Shown here: positions 28,768 through 37,026 of the stretch, one piece after another
Numbering within the stretch: position 1 is the first letter of the stretch
Layout: every line of letters starts with the position of its first letter
Assembly: GCA_017935245.1 (NCBI GenBank)
Contig: JAGBHZ010000003.1
Location: 6,956 to 70,955, forward strand
Direction of reading: 5' to 3'
DNA from: Alphaproteobacteria bacterium
GTDB lineage: Bacteria; Pseudomonadota; Alphaproteobacteria; Rs-D84
Length of the DNA: 64,000 nucleotides
Translations under genes and position numbers: made by a program
Notes under the pieces: model-generated
What the model was told of the DNA's origin: nothing
What the model saw: the letters and a program-made list of their open reading frames with translations, nothing else
The model's database searches: none

Positions 28768-29609
28768 ATGCCATCATTCCTTAGTTTATGAATTGTATAT
28801 GTTATATTGCGCCACATGATTTTAAATGGGTTTTTGGTCAGCATTTTTGATATGTATTCTTGGCCATATATACGGTTGGCGTTTTCCATGATTGCATTAC
28901 GTGTCGCGGGTGAAACGTGGTCCAAAATATATGATAGTTGCCGCCCCAGTGCACCGTTATGACGCGAAAAGGCAAGTTTCTTTATAAATGGCATCTTGTG
29001 CGTGTAAAAATATTTTACGCGGTTATATATTGATCGGCCCGGCGCAGAATAAAGCGCATCCCACGATAATTTGTTTTCAATTAAATGCTTGGTAAATCCG
29101 TGTTCATAAAGGACGGTAATGCTGCCCTTGTCATCATGATGGCGGACGGATTGTAACAGTTTTTTGAACCATTTAGATGTAAATACAGATGCCCGCATCC
29201 CGATAAACCAGGACTGAATATGTGGGGATGTTTTATGTGGATTTTTTACCATCCCAAATGCGTCAAGGTTACGTGATTCAATATCGCTAAAATATGGCGC
29301 CAAATCAAACAGGGGACCATACATAGAATCGTTCACCATATAAATAAAATCATATTTGTTTATATCCAGATTTTCGCATGCCCAATTATATGCCCGCTTG
29401 TAAGAACCAAAATCATATTCGCCGTGTCGTGTGGCCATGGCATGCAATGTTATTTTTGTTAGTTTCTTTAATTCAGAATCAGCGCAATCAGAATCCATGC
29501 ATAAAACAACGTCGCCATGTTTTGATAATGCGTTCACGTACATAAGTAATGAAGCGTCAATAATACCGTGTTTATCATATCCTGCGAATAAAAACAGGCG
29601 TTTAGTCAT
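28764..29609 (-). CDS. Rhamnan-synthesis-F (RgpF)-like glycosyltransferase
   Basis: LFLFAGYDKHGIIDASLLMYVNALSKHGDVVLCMDSD resembles the RgpF N-terminal signature. ATG 29609 preferred. Confidence 0.45.
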   Translation of the reverse strand: MTKRLFLFAGYDKHGIIDASLLMYVNALSKHGDVVLCMDSDCADSELKKLTKITLHAMATRHGEYDFGSYKRAYNWACENLDINKYDFIYMVNDSMYGPLFDLAPYFSDIESRNLDAFGMVKNPHKTSPHIQSWFIGMRASVFTSKWFKKLLQSVRHHDDKGSITVLYEHGFTKHLIENKLSWDALYSAPGRSIYNRVKYFYTHKMPFIKKLAFSRHNGALGRQLSYILDHVSPATRNAIMENANRIYGQEYISKMLTKNPFKIMWRNITYTIHKLRNDGI

Positions 29610-29680
29610 AGATTTTTTATCCTTTATACTATATAATTTACATGTTTTATTGTCATTTTGCAAGGTTTTAGGGGTTTAAT

Positions 29681-30883
29681 ATGAAATTTGTAAAATATAT
29701 TGATGATGTGTATGAAAAGCACCTGGGGGATGAATTAAAAAAGTTAACGCGTCGCGATGCGCATATTGATGTGGTTGAAAATGCAACAATTGTTGTTAAT
29801 ACAAAAACGCACGCGTATGGTATTTTTGATGAAAATAAAAAAGTTGTAAAGTCGGGCCTGCAATATCGTGGTAAAAATCATCAGTTTATACCATCGTTTG
29901 TGTCGGGGGATGAATATATTGATTGTGATGTAATGTTCTTGGGAAATGCATATCCGCATTTTGGACATTTCTTGATGGAACATTTGAACCGGGCATGGGG
30001 TGTCGTGCGGGCTGGGAAACCCGGCATGAAATATGTTTTTATTGATAATACAGGTGTGGGGGCGAAATCGTGGCTGTTTGATTTTACAAAGATGTTGGGA
30101 ATAAAAAAATCTGACGTGATTATTTTGAATAAAACGATTCGTTTTAAGCGTGTGTTTGTTCCATGGCAAACAATGAATATATCTGGGAATTGGTATGCGC
30201 CAGAATTTATTTTGCCGTTTGGGGCAATGCGTGATAATGTGCCGGTGGAAAATGTTTATGAACGGGTGTATGTGTCGCGGGCAAAACTGCCGGGGCGTTT
30301 GCGTGTCTATAACGAAGAAAAAATTCAAAAGATTTTTGAAAAAAATGGTTTTCATGTTATCTATCCGGAAACATTGTCATTGGCGCAACAGGCGGCAATT
30401 GTCGGAAATGCAAAGGTGTTGGCGGGATGTGCCGGCAGTGCACTGCATTTATCAGTATTTATGCGGCCGGGTGGGCGTGTTATACAGTTGCGCAGAACAT
30501 ATGATGTTTGGGACAGTGGCGCGGTTCAATATCGTCTGTGCATGATAGGGGATTTAGATTTTGATGTTATTAACGCATCAATAGAAGAGGTGCGTTCCAC
30601 CCATGGTGGTGATCATGCGCCGCAAATTATTGGTGTAACGCAATATCTGAAAAAATTCTTGGACAAAAATAAATTTAAATATTCACAGGATGACCAAGAT
30701 GTTGATGATGCCGTGATGGCGGAATACAGAAAAGATGTTTGTGATTTTAATGCAACCCATGGCGGCAGTACGAAATTAAAAATCAAAAAGAAGATTGTTA
30801 AAATTACAGCATGCTTTATACCGGGGCGCATATGGCGTGGTCGATATCGTACATATATGAACAAGCACTTTGTTAATAAATAA
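29681..30883 (+). CDS. DUF563/GT61-family glycosyltransferase
   Basis: GHFLMEHLNRAWG and YVSRAKLPGRLRVYNEEKIQKIFEKNGFHVIYPETLSLAQQAAIVGNAKVLAGCAGSALH. Confidence 0.6.
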   Translation: MKFVKYIDDVYEKHLGDELKKLTRRDAHIDVVENATIVVNTKTHAYGIFDENKKVVKSGLQYRGKNHQFIPSFVSGDEYIDCDVMFLGNAYPHFGHFLMEHLNRAWGVVRAGKPGMKYVFIDNTGVGAKSWLFDFTKMLGIKKSDVIILNKTIRFKRVFVPWQTMNISGNWYAPEFILPFGAMRDNVPVENVYERVYVSRAKLPGRLRVYNEEKIQKIFEKNGFHVIYPETLSLAQQAAIVGNAKVLAGCAGSALHLSVFMRPGGRVIQLRRTYDVWDSGAVQYRLCMIGDLDFDVINASIEEVRSTHGGDHAPQIIGVTQYLKKFLDKNKFKYSQDDQDVDDAVMAEYRKDVCDFNATHGGSTKLKIKKKIVKITACFIPGRIWRGRYRTYMNKHFVNK

Positions 30884-30910
30884 AAAATCCCCCGGATGGG
30901 GGATTTTTTT
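30882..30910 (+). terminator. Intrinsic terminator (copy 1 of an identical 27-nt repeat)
   Basis: AAAAAATCCCCCGGATGGGGGATTTTTTT immediately after the TAA stop. Confidence 0.75.
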
Positions 30911-31162
30911 ATCAAAGTTCAAAGTGCAATTGTGGAACACACTAATACCCCGCTAAAAAAAACATGCCGAAATTAAAGGTTAAAATATATGTAATTTCAA
31001 TGAATTAATTCAAAAAAATACCGTCGAATTAAAACGGTCCTTTTTTTTTCTTACCTTGCTGTCCCTTATTTTATCTTAAAAACCGCCCCGCGTCAATGTG
31101 ATTTTGTGTCGAAAAAAAAGGACCGTTTTCCTAAGGTAGCGGCTTCAGACAGGAGTAGAAAA

Positions 31163-31609
31163 ATGAAAAAACTTTTAACCTTAACCGCAGTTGTTGCGAT
31201 GCTGGCCGCACCCGCAACGGCCGTCCAAAAATGCGTGGCATTAACCCCAGAAAACCTTTCGTGTTCTATCGATGAAAGTTTTGTAGACGTGGGTATGGAA
31301 TCAGATTGGCGGGTTAACTGTACCAACAACGGAAAGACGATTGTTGTCCATGGTGTAACTATGTGTAGTAATGGTTGGCTAGGTGAAAATCGTGTGACAA
31401 ATGGTCAACTCTACGTATCCCCTGGAACAGGATGCTTTTGCCGTATAATTTCACCCGCGGTATCCAAGTGGGTCTCTGCATTCAAATTTTCAGTAACAGA
31501 TTCAGAAATGGAGGATGCATGGCGCTGCACAGACAGTTGTGCGTATCAATGTGCGTATGAGTTTGTAAACGACCAAACTTTTAGACAGGCCATGCTTTCT
31601 AGCTTGTGA
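31163..31609 (+). CDS. Secreted Cys-rich protein, type A (A1)
   Basis: AGGAG SD 8 nt upstream. Signal peptide MKKLLTLTAVVAMLAAPATA|VQKCVAL. 9 Cys in the mature part. Paralogous to 38822..39259 (shared AVQKCVAL, CxC, PAVS.WV, SC.Y.CA.YF). Confidence 0.65.
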   Translation: MKKLLTLTAVVAMLAAPATAVQKCVALTPENLSCSIDESFVDVGMESDWRVNCTNNGKTIVVHGVTMCSNGWLGENRVTNGQLYVSPGTGCFCRIISPAVSKWVSAFKFSVTDSEMEDAWRCTDSCAYQCAYEFVNDQTFRQAMLSSL

Positions 31610-31648
31610 TGCAGTATATTCGTTCACCACAGTTTAAAGGTTATCAAT

Positions 31649-31921
31649 ATGAAAAAACTCAATTTTATCTTTTATATACTTATGTGTCCAGCATTTGCAA
31701 CCACACCCAGCACCATTTGCCCATCGGGATATATCGCGATTGATGAAGAATATTTAACAATTGCGACATCTTGCCCGTCGGGTACGGTATCTGTTGGTAC
31801 GGCGGAATCGTGCCTGGTATCCAGCCCATCGGGGGATTGTATAATGTATGCGCCGGCGGGGGTATCGTATACCGATGACAGTGGCACATACGAATTTACA
31901 GACGCGTGTCCAATGTCGTAA
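31649..31921 (+). CDS. Secreted Cys-rich protein, type B (B1)
   Basis: Signal peptide; CPSGYIAID...ATSCPSGTVSVGTAESCLVS...CIMYAP..SYTDDSGTYEFTDACPMS. About 70 percent identical to 39266..39544. Confidence 0.7.
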   Translation: MKKLNFIFYILMCPAFATTPSTICPSGYIAIDEEYLTIATSCPSGTVSVGTAESCLVSSPSGDCIMYAPAGVSYTDDSGTYEFTDACPMS

Positions 31922-31948
31922 AAAATCCCCCGGATGGGGGATTTTATT
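31920..31948. terminator. Bidirectional intrinsic terminator (copy 2 of the 27-nt repeat)
   Basis: AAAAAATCCCCCGGATGGGGGATTTT. Overlaps the B1 stop (31919-21) and the typA stop (31944-46). Confidence 0.75.
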
Positions 31949-33776
31949 CTTCAATGTGCTTTTTTAATTTTTTGCGTGTGTTGCTGTCCAGTTCTTTTTT
32001 GCGCAGACGAATTGTGGCGGGTGTAACCTCTACCAATTCATCATCCAGGATGTATGACAGCGCTTCTTCCAGTGAAATGCGGCGTGGCGGGGCCAAGAAT
32101 AATTTTTCATCCGCCGTTACCGAACGCATGTTGGTTAATTCTTTGCCCTTAATCGGATTGACCTCTAAATCATTTTCTTTGCTGTGTTCGCCGATAATCA
32201 TACCGGAATAAACCTCGGTCTGGGGTTCTATGAACAATGTTCCGCGTGGTTGCAGGTTAAACAGCGCATATGTCGCGGCCGAACCTTTTTCCATAGATAC
32301 AAGAACGCCCGGACGATACTGTTGAATTGGGCCACGGTATTCGCCGTATTCGGCAAATACACGGTTCATAATGCCGGTGCCACGTGTGTCGGTGCGGAAT
32401 TCAGACAGATATCCAATCAGGCCACGTGATGGTGCCGAAAATACAATGCGGGTTTTGCCGTTGCCGGATGCCTTCATTTCGGTGATTGTGGCCTTGCGTT
32501 TTGTCATTTTTTCAATAACAACACCGCTGAATTCGTCATCAACGTCAATTACAACGTCTTCGATTGGTTCCAGTTTTTCCCCATTTGGACCGGTGTGCAT
32601 TACAACGCGTGGACGAGATACAGACAATTCAAAGCCTTCGCGGCGCATTGTTTCAATCAAAATCCCCAGTTGTAATTCGCCACGACCGGAAACTTCGAAT
32701 GCTTCGTTGTTTTCACTTTGTTCAACACGCAGGGCGATGTTGGTTTCGGCTTCTTTGAACAGGCGTTCGCCAATCATACGGGATGTTAATTTTTTACCAC
32801 TTTTCCCCGCCAATGGTGATGTGTTCACAAAGAACGTCATGGTCAAGGTCGGTGGATCAATTGGCATTGCCGGAATTGGTTCGGTAACCGATGGATCGCA
32901 CAGGGTGTCGGATACGGTTGCCTTGGAAAAACCTGCCACAACGACAATGTCGCCGGCGGACGCGGTATCGCGTGAAATCTTTTCAACGCCACGGTGTTCA
33001 ATGATTTTTGTAATCTTGGCGTTTTCGATAAATTCGCCGTTCATATTAATTGCCTTGACCGATTGGCCAACGCGGACGGTGCCGGATTCAATTTTCCCGG
33101 TCAAAATGCGGCCAACGTATGGGTCGGCTTCCAGGGTTGTGGCCAACATTGTAAACGGTGCATCCAATTGACAACGTGTGCCATTGCAATCGGGGGCCGG
33201 CACATGGTCAACAATTAACTGGAACAGGGGGGTTAAATCTTTGCGTTCGTCATTTAAATCGCGCACCGCCCAACCATCACGGCCAACCGAATACAGATAT
33301 GGGAAATCCAATTGAGAATCCGTTGCACCCAATTTATCAAACAGGTCAAATGTTTCGGATAATACTTCGTCTGGGCGGGCGTCGGAACGGTCAATCTTGT
33401 TTATGCAAACAATTGGACGCAGTCCCAGTTTTAATGCCTTGGATAATACAAATTTGGTCTGGGGCAGGGGACCTTCGGAACTGTCCACCAACAGGACGAC
33501 CCCATCAACCATAGATAAAATACGTTCTACTTCGCCGCCAAAGTCTGCGTGGCCCGGTGTGTCCACAATGTTAATTTTGTATTCGCCCCATTGAATAGAT
33601 GTGGGTTTTGCCGAAATCGTAATCCCGCGTTCGCGTTCGATATCACCACTGTCCATGACGCGGTCGTCAATGTGTTCGTTTTCGCGGAATGTGCCCGCCT
33701 GTTTCAGCATATTGTCAACCAATGTGGTCTTGCCATGGTCAACGTGTGCAATAATTGCAATGTTGCGAATTTTCAT
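31944..33776 (-). CDS. typA: Translational GTPase TypA/BipA
   Basis: IRNIAIIAHVDHGKTTLVD, DTPGHADFGGEV, NKIDR. EF-G-like domains, C-terminal LRKKELD. ATG at 33776. Confidence 0.93.
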   Translation of the reverse strand: MKIRNIAIIAHVDHGKTTLVDNMLKQAGTFRENEHIDDRVMDSGDIERERGITISAKPTSIQWGEYKINIVDTPGHADFGGEVERILSMVDGVVLLVDSSEGPLPQTKFVLSKALKLGLRPIVCINKIDRSDARPDEVLSETFDLFDKLGATDSQLDFPYLYSVGRDGWAVRDLNDERKDLTPLFQLIVDHVPAPDCNGTRCQLDAPFTMLATTLEADPYVGRILTGKIESGTVRVGQSVKAINMNGEFIENAKITKIIEHRGVEKISRDTASAGDIVVVAGFSKATVSDTLCDPSVTEPIPAMPIDPPTLTMTFFVNTSPLAGKSGKKLTSRMIGERLFKEAETNIALRVEQSENNEAFEVSGRGELQLGILIETMRREGFELSVSRPRVVMHTGPNGEKLEPIEDVVIDVDDEFSGVVIEKMTKRKATITEMKASGNGKTRIVFSAPSRGLIGYLSEFRTDTRGTGIMNRVFAEYGEYRGPIQQYRPGVLVSMEKGSAATYALFNLQPRGTLFIEPQTEVYSGMIIGEHSKENDLEVNPIKGKELTNMRSVTADEKLFLAPPRRISLEEALSYILDDELVEVTPATIRLRKKELDSNTRKKLKKHIEE

Positions 33777-33924
33777 TTGTATTATCCCTTGAATTTTTGT
33801 GTCGGGTGATAATTTTATATGAAAAAATCCAAAATTCAAGAATTTATATCAAAAATATTGACTTTTGTAAGTTTTTGTCTATATTTATGGGTGTGAGTTT
33901 GATTGAAACCAAAGGAGTTTGGCA

Positions 33925-34377
33925 ATGAAGAAAACAATGATTACGGATTATAAGGCGACGTTACAGGAATTCTTTATGGAAGTTATTAAATTCCTGGATA
34001 ATCGTGTGGCGTTTGCAAAAGATGAAATTGAATATCAAAAAATCTGCAAGGCGCGTGAAGATATAAAACAAATTGCGGCAAATCCATCAAAATATGCGGG
34101 TTATGCGGCGCGTGTGGCGGATGGTATCGAACCCCAGGTAGATGCATTTATGCCAAATGCGCACGATAACAGTGCATATTTAATTTTGTCCAAGGTCTTG
34201 TATCATATGGGTAATTTGGATAGTGAATATGAATGGTATCGCAAAGAGGCACAAACCGCGTTATTAAACGCGCGTCGTGCAATCGCATACAGAAATTCCA
34301 AGAATTTGTTCAAGGATATACAATTTTTGTTTAAATCTGCGGAAAAGTTCGCGGTTAAAAAGGAAATAGGACGTTAA
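33925..34377 (+). CDS. Hypothetical protein (150 aa, helical)
   Basis: AAAGGAG SD followed by ATG 33925. No recognisable motif. Confidence 0.45.
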   Translation: MKKTMITDYKATLQEFFMEVIKFLDNRVAFAKDEIEYQKICKAREDIKQIAANPSKYAGYAARVADGIEPQVDAFMPNAHDNSAYLILSKVLYHMGNLDSEYEWYRKEAQTALLNARRAIAYRNSKNLFKDIQFLFKSAEKFAVKKEIGR

Positions 34378-34405
34378 AAAAATCCCGGTATTGCCGGGAT
34401 TTTTA
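34378..34405. terminator. Bidirectional intrinsic terminator
   Basis: AAAAAAATCCCGGTATTGCCGGGATTTTT between convergent genes. Confidence 0.7.
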
Positions 34406-34408
34406 TTA

Positions 34409-35686
34409 TTAATGTTTGCCACCGATTTTTGTGCGGCCACCCATTAATGGTTGCAGGGCCCGTGGAATATTTACCGAACCATCGGGATTCTGGTGGTTTT
34501 CAATTACTGGTACAATCGCACGTGGCAGGGCAATCCCCGTATTATTCAATGTCGCACAGAATTGCAGCGAACCGTCCGCCGCGCGGTAACGTGTGTTGGT
34601 GCGACGCGCCTGGAATTGGCCAATCGAAGAACATGACCCCAGTTCACGGTATGCATTCTCGCTTGGGAACCAGGCTTCGACATCGTGCATTTTAACCTTG
34701 TTAAAGCCCATGTCGCCGGTGCATGCCGCAATCACGCGATATGGTAATTCAAGGTCTGCCATAACCTCGCACAGGTTGTTTAGCAAATGTTCATGCATTT
34801 CGTCCGATTGTTCGGGGGTGCAATAGATATATTGTTCAACCTTGTTAAATTGGTGTATACGCACGATTCCGCGGGTGTCGCGACCGGCGGCACCGGCCTC
34901 TTTACGGAAACATGGGGAAAATCCTGCGTATTTAATTGGCAGATCTTTTTCGTTTAAAACTTCGTCCCCGTGCAGGGAATTTAAGATAATTTCCGCCGTC
35001 CCGGCCAGGCATCGGTCGGTATCAGTTAACATAAATACGTCGTTTGCCATAACCGCTGGGTCAGAACCCATAAAGTGGCCCGCGTTAAAGATTGTTTGTG
35101 GCTTGGTAATCGATGGACAGTTCACAAATGTGAAGCCTTTGGCCATTAATTTTTGCAAAACGTATGTCTGGATGGCCAGTTCCAGTTCGGCCGCTTCGCC
35201 AAATAATGCATATGTGCGTGTGCCACAAATGGATGCGATTTTTTCAGGTTTCCACCAACCGTTCATTTCCAGTAATTCCCACTGGGGGCGTGGTGTAAAG
35301 TCAAATTCGCGTGGTGTGCCAACGCGTTTGATTTCTACGTTTTCTGTGTCATCGCGACCGATTGGGGCGTCTGCACTTGGGATTTGTGGAACGCGGTGCA
35401 ATAGATCATCCAATGCGGCCTCTTTATCCGCCAATTCCGCCATATCAGCTGCGATTTCGTTGGCAATTTCCTTGGAACGCGCAATTAATGGCGCACGGTC
35501 AGTGGCGGTCGGAATTTCGCGTGTGATTTTATTTTTTTGGGCCGTTTTGGTTTGTGTAATTGTTTTTAGTTCACGTACACGTGCGTCCAGTGCCAGGATT
35601 TCATCGGTTCTGTCTTCGATTCCCTTTAATTCGCATGCACGTTTTACGGCATCTGGGTTTTCACGAATAAATTTAATATCCAACAT
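34409..35686 (-). CDS. serS: Seryl-tRNA synthetase
   Basis: MLDIKFIRENPD, coiled-coil arm, class II motifs FRKEAGAAGRDTRGIVRIHQFNKVE and GTALA-type region (NNTGIALPRAIVPVIENHQ). Confidence 0.95.
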   Translation of the reverse strand: MLDIKFIRENPDAVKRACELKGIEDRTDEILALDARVRELKTITQTKTAQKNKITREIPTATDRAPLIARSKEIANEIAADMAELADKEAALDDLLHRVPQIPSADAPIGRDDTENVEIKRVGTPREFDFTPRPQWELLEMNGWWKPEKIASICGTRTYALFGEAAELELAIQTYVLQKLMAKGFTFVNCPSITKPQTIFNAGHFMGSDPAVMANDVFMLTDTDRCLAGTAEIILNSLHGDEVLNEKDLPIKYAGFSPCFRKEAGAAGRDTRGIVRIHQFNKVEQYIYCTPEQSDEMHEHLLNNLCEVMADLELPYRVIAACTGDMGFNKVKMHDVEAWFPSENAYRELGSCSSIGQFQARRTNTRYRAADGSLQFCATLNNTGIALPRAIVPVIENHQNPDGSVNIPRALQPLMGGRTKIGGKH

Positions 35687-35937
35687 GTTTTATCCCCCTT
35701 GTGGATTAAGATTAATTGTTTGTTATTGTATGCAAAATTATGAAAAAGTACACAGATAAATTATTCCCCCAGGGGGGATGATGATGAACTAAAAAAAGTA
35801 AAACGGGTTTTCATATCGGTTGTATTATAAGCCTTTTGTTTATCAATTGCAATAAAATCGTGGGCGCGAATTTGTTTGCATAAGGGGATTTAATTGTGTA
35901 TGCTGGGGCCGAAGTTTAACAAGGAAAGGTTTTTATT

Positions 35938-36855
35938 ATGTCTGAATCATTTGATATGTATGATGTGATTATTTTGGGGTCGGGGCCGGCGGGGCTGACG
36001 GCGGCGCTGTATGCGGGACGCGCAAATAAAAAGACAATTGTTTTGGGTGGCGACCGATTGGGCGGTCAAATGGCGGGAATTGCAACACTGGAAAATTATC
36101 CGGGGTGGCGCGGTTCTGGGATGGAATTGGCCGAATTTATGAAGACCCAGGCCGAATCTTTTGGTGCCCAGGTTGTTTTTGTGTCCGCAAAAAGTATCGA
36201 TGGTGATGCAGAATCAGGATTTAATATTTTGGCCGATAATGGCAAACACTATGTTGGAAAAACGGTTATTATTGCCACCGGTGCATCGCCACGCAAATTG
36301 GAAATTGATGGCGCGCGCGAATTAATGGGGCGGGGCGTTTCATATTGTGCAACGTGTGATGGATTCTTTTATAGTTACAAAGATGTTATCGTTATGGGTG
36401 GCGGTAACAGTGCGCTGAACGATGCGCTGTATCTGGCGGATTTGGCCAAGTCTGTGAAAATCGTTTATCGCAAGGGGGCATTTACCCGGGCCGAGGCCGT
36501 TCTGCGTGAACGCGTGGCACAGCGCGAAAATATTGAATGCCTGTTCAATACAGATTTGGCAAAAATCGAAGAAAAACCGGGGGATGCAGATGGTCGCTTA
36601 ATCATTACAACAACCGATGGTGCACAGATTGAAACAGATGGACTGTTCGTCGCAATTGGACACGAAGCGAACACAGATTTTTTGAGTGAAGATGTCGCGC
36701 GTGATGGTATGGGACGCCTTAGCCCATGTCAAATGCCGGCGGGTATTTTTGTTGCAGGTGATGTGCATTCAGATTTAAAGATGCAGATTGCAACGGCGGT
36801 TGGGACGGGGTGCAGTGCCGCCATGGATGCAATCGCATATTTAAATCAATTATAA
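35938..36855 (+). CDS. trxB: Thioredoxin-disulfide reductase
   Basis: YDVIILGSGPAGLTAALYAGRA, redox-active CATCDG, GGGNSALNDALYL, FVAGDV. Confidence 0.93.
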   Translation: MSESFDMYDVIILGSGPAGLTAALYAGRANKKTIVLGGDRLGGQMAGIATLENYPGWRGSGMELAEFMKTQAESFGAQVVFVSAKSIDGDAESGFNILADNGKHYVGKTVIIATGASPRKLEIDGARELMGRGVSYCATCDGFFYSYKDVIVMGGGNSALNDALYLADLAKSVKIVYRKGAFTRAEAVLRERVAQRENIECLFNTDLAKIEEKPGDADGRLIITTTDGAQIETDGLFVAIGHEANTDFLSEDVARDGMGRLSPCQMPAGIFVAGDVHSDLKMQIATAVGTGCSAAMDAIAYLNQL

Positions 36856-37026
36856 TAATTCATCTATATACAAAACCGTTGGCTTGTGTGGCGACTGGTG
36901 CACTGGGGCAACGGTTTTTTGTACCAGTTCTTTTTCTTGTTTTATCTTTATCCCAAAATTTTTACGGTTTTGTTCCATCGTATTTTTATGATATAATAAG
37001 TTGTACTGTGTAGTGGGGATTTTATT

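Noticed and set aside
31680-31954. Several 66-71-aa minus-strand ORFs overlapping B1.
   Set aside because: They overlap a gene with a conserved paralogue (B2) on the plus strand. They have no SD and are not conserved at the paralogous locus in the same frames.
34842-35759. Long antisense ORFs opposite well-supported genes: 305 aa opposite serS, 32371-33171 opposite typA, 45624-46541 opposite secD/secF, 60884-61654 opposite lnt, 2638-3369 opposite lolD, and 52908-53512 opposite the R/T-rich region.
   Set aside because: Each lies entirely within a gene that has unmistakable family motifs on the other strand. Their translations are low-complexity (Ser/Arg/Pro/Ala-rich) with no SD or recognisable domain. 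They are typical shadow ORFs.
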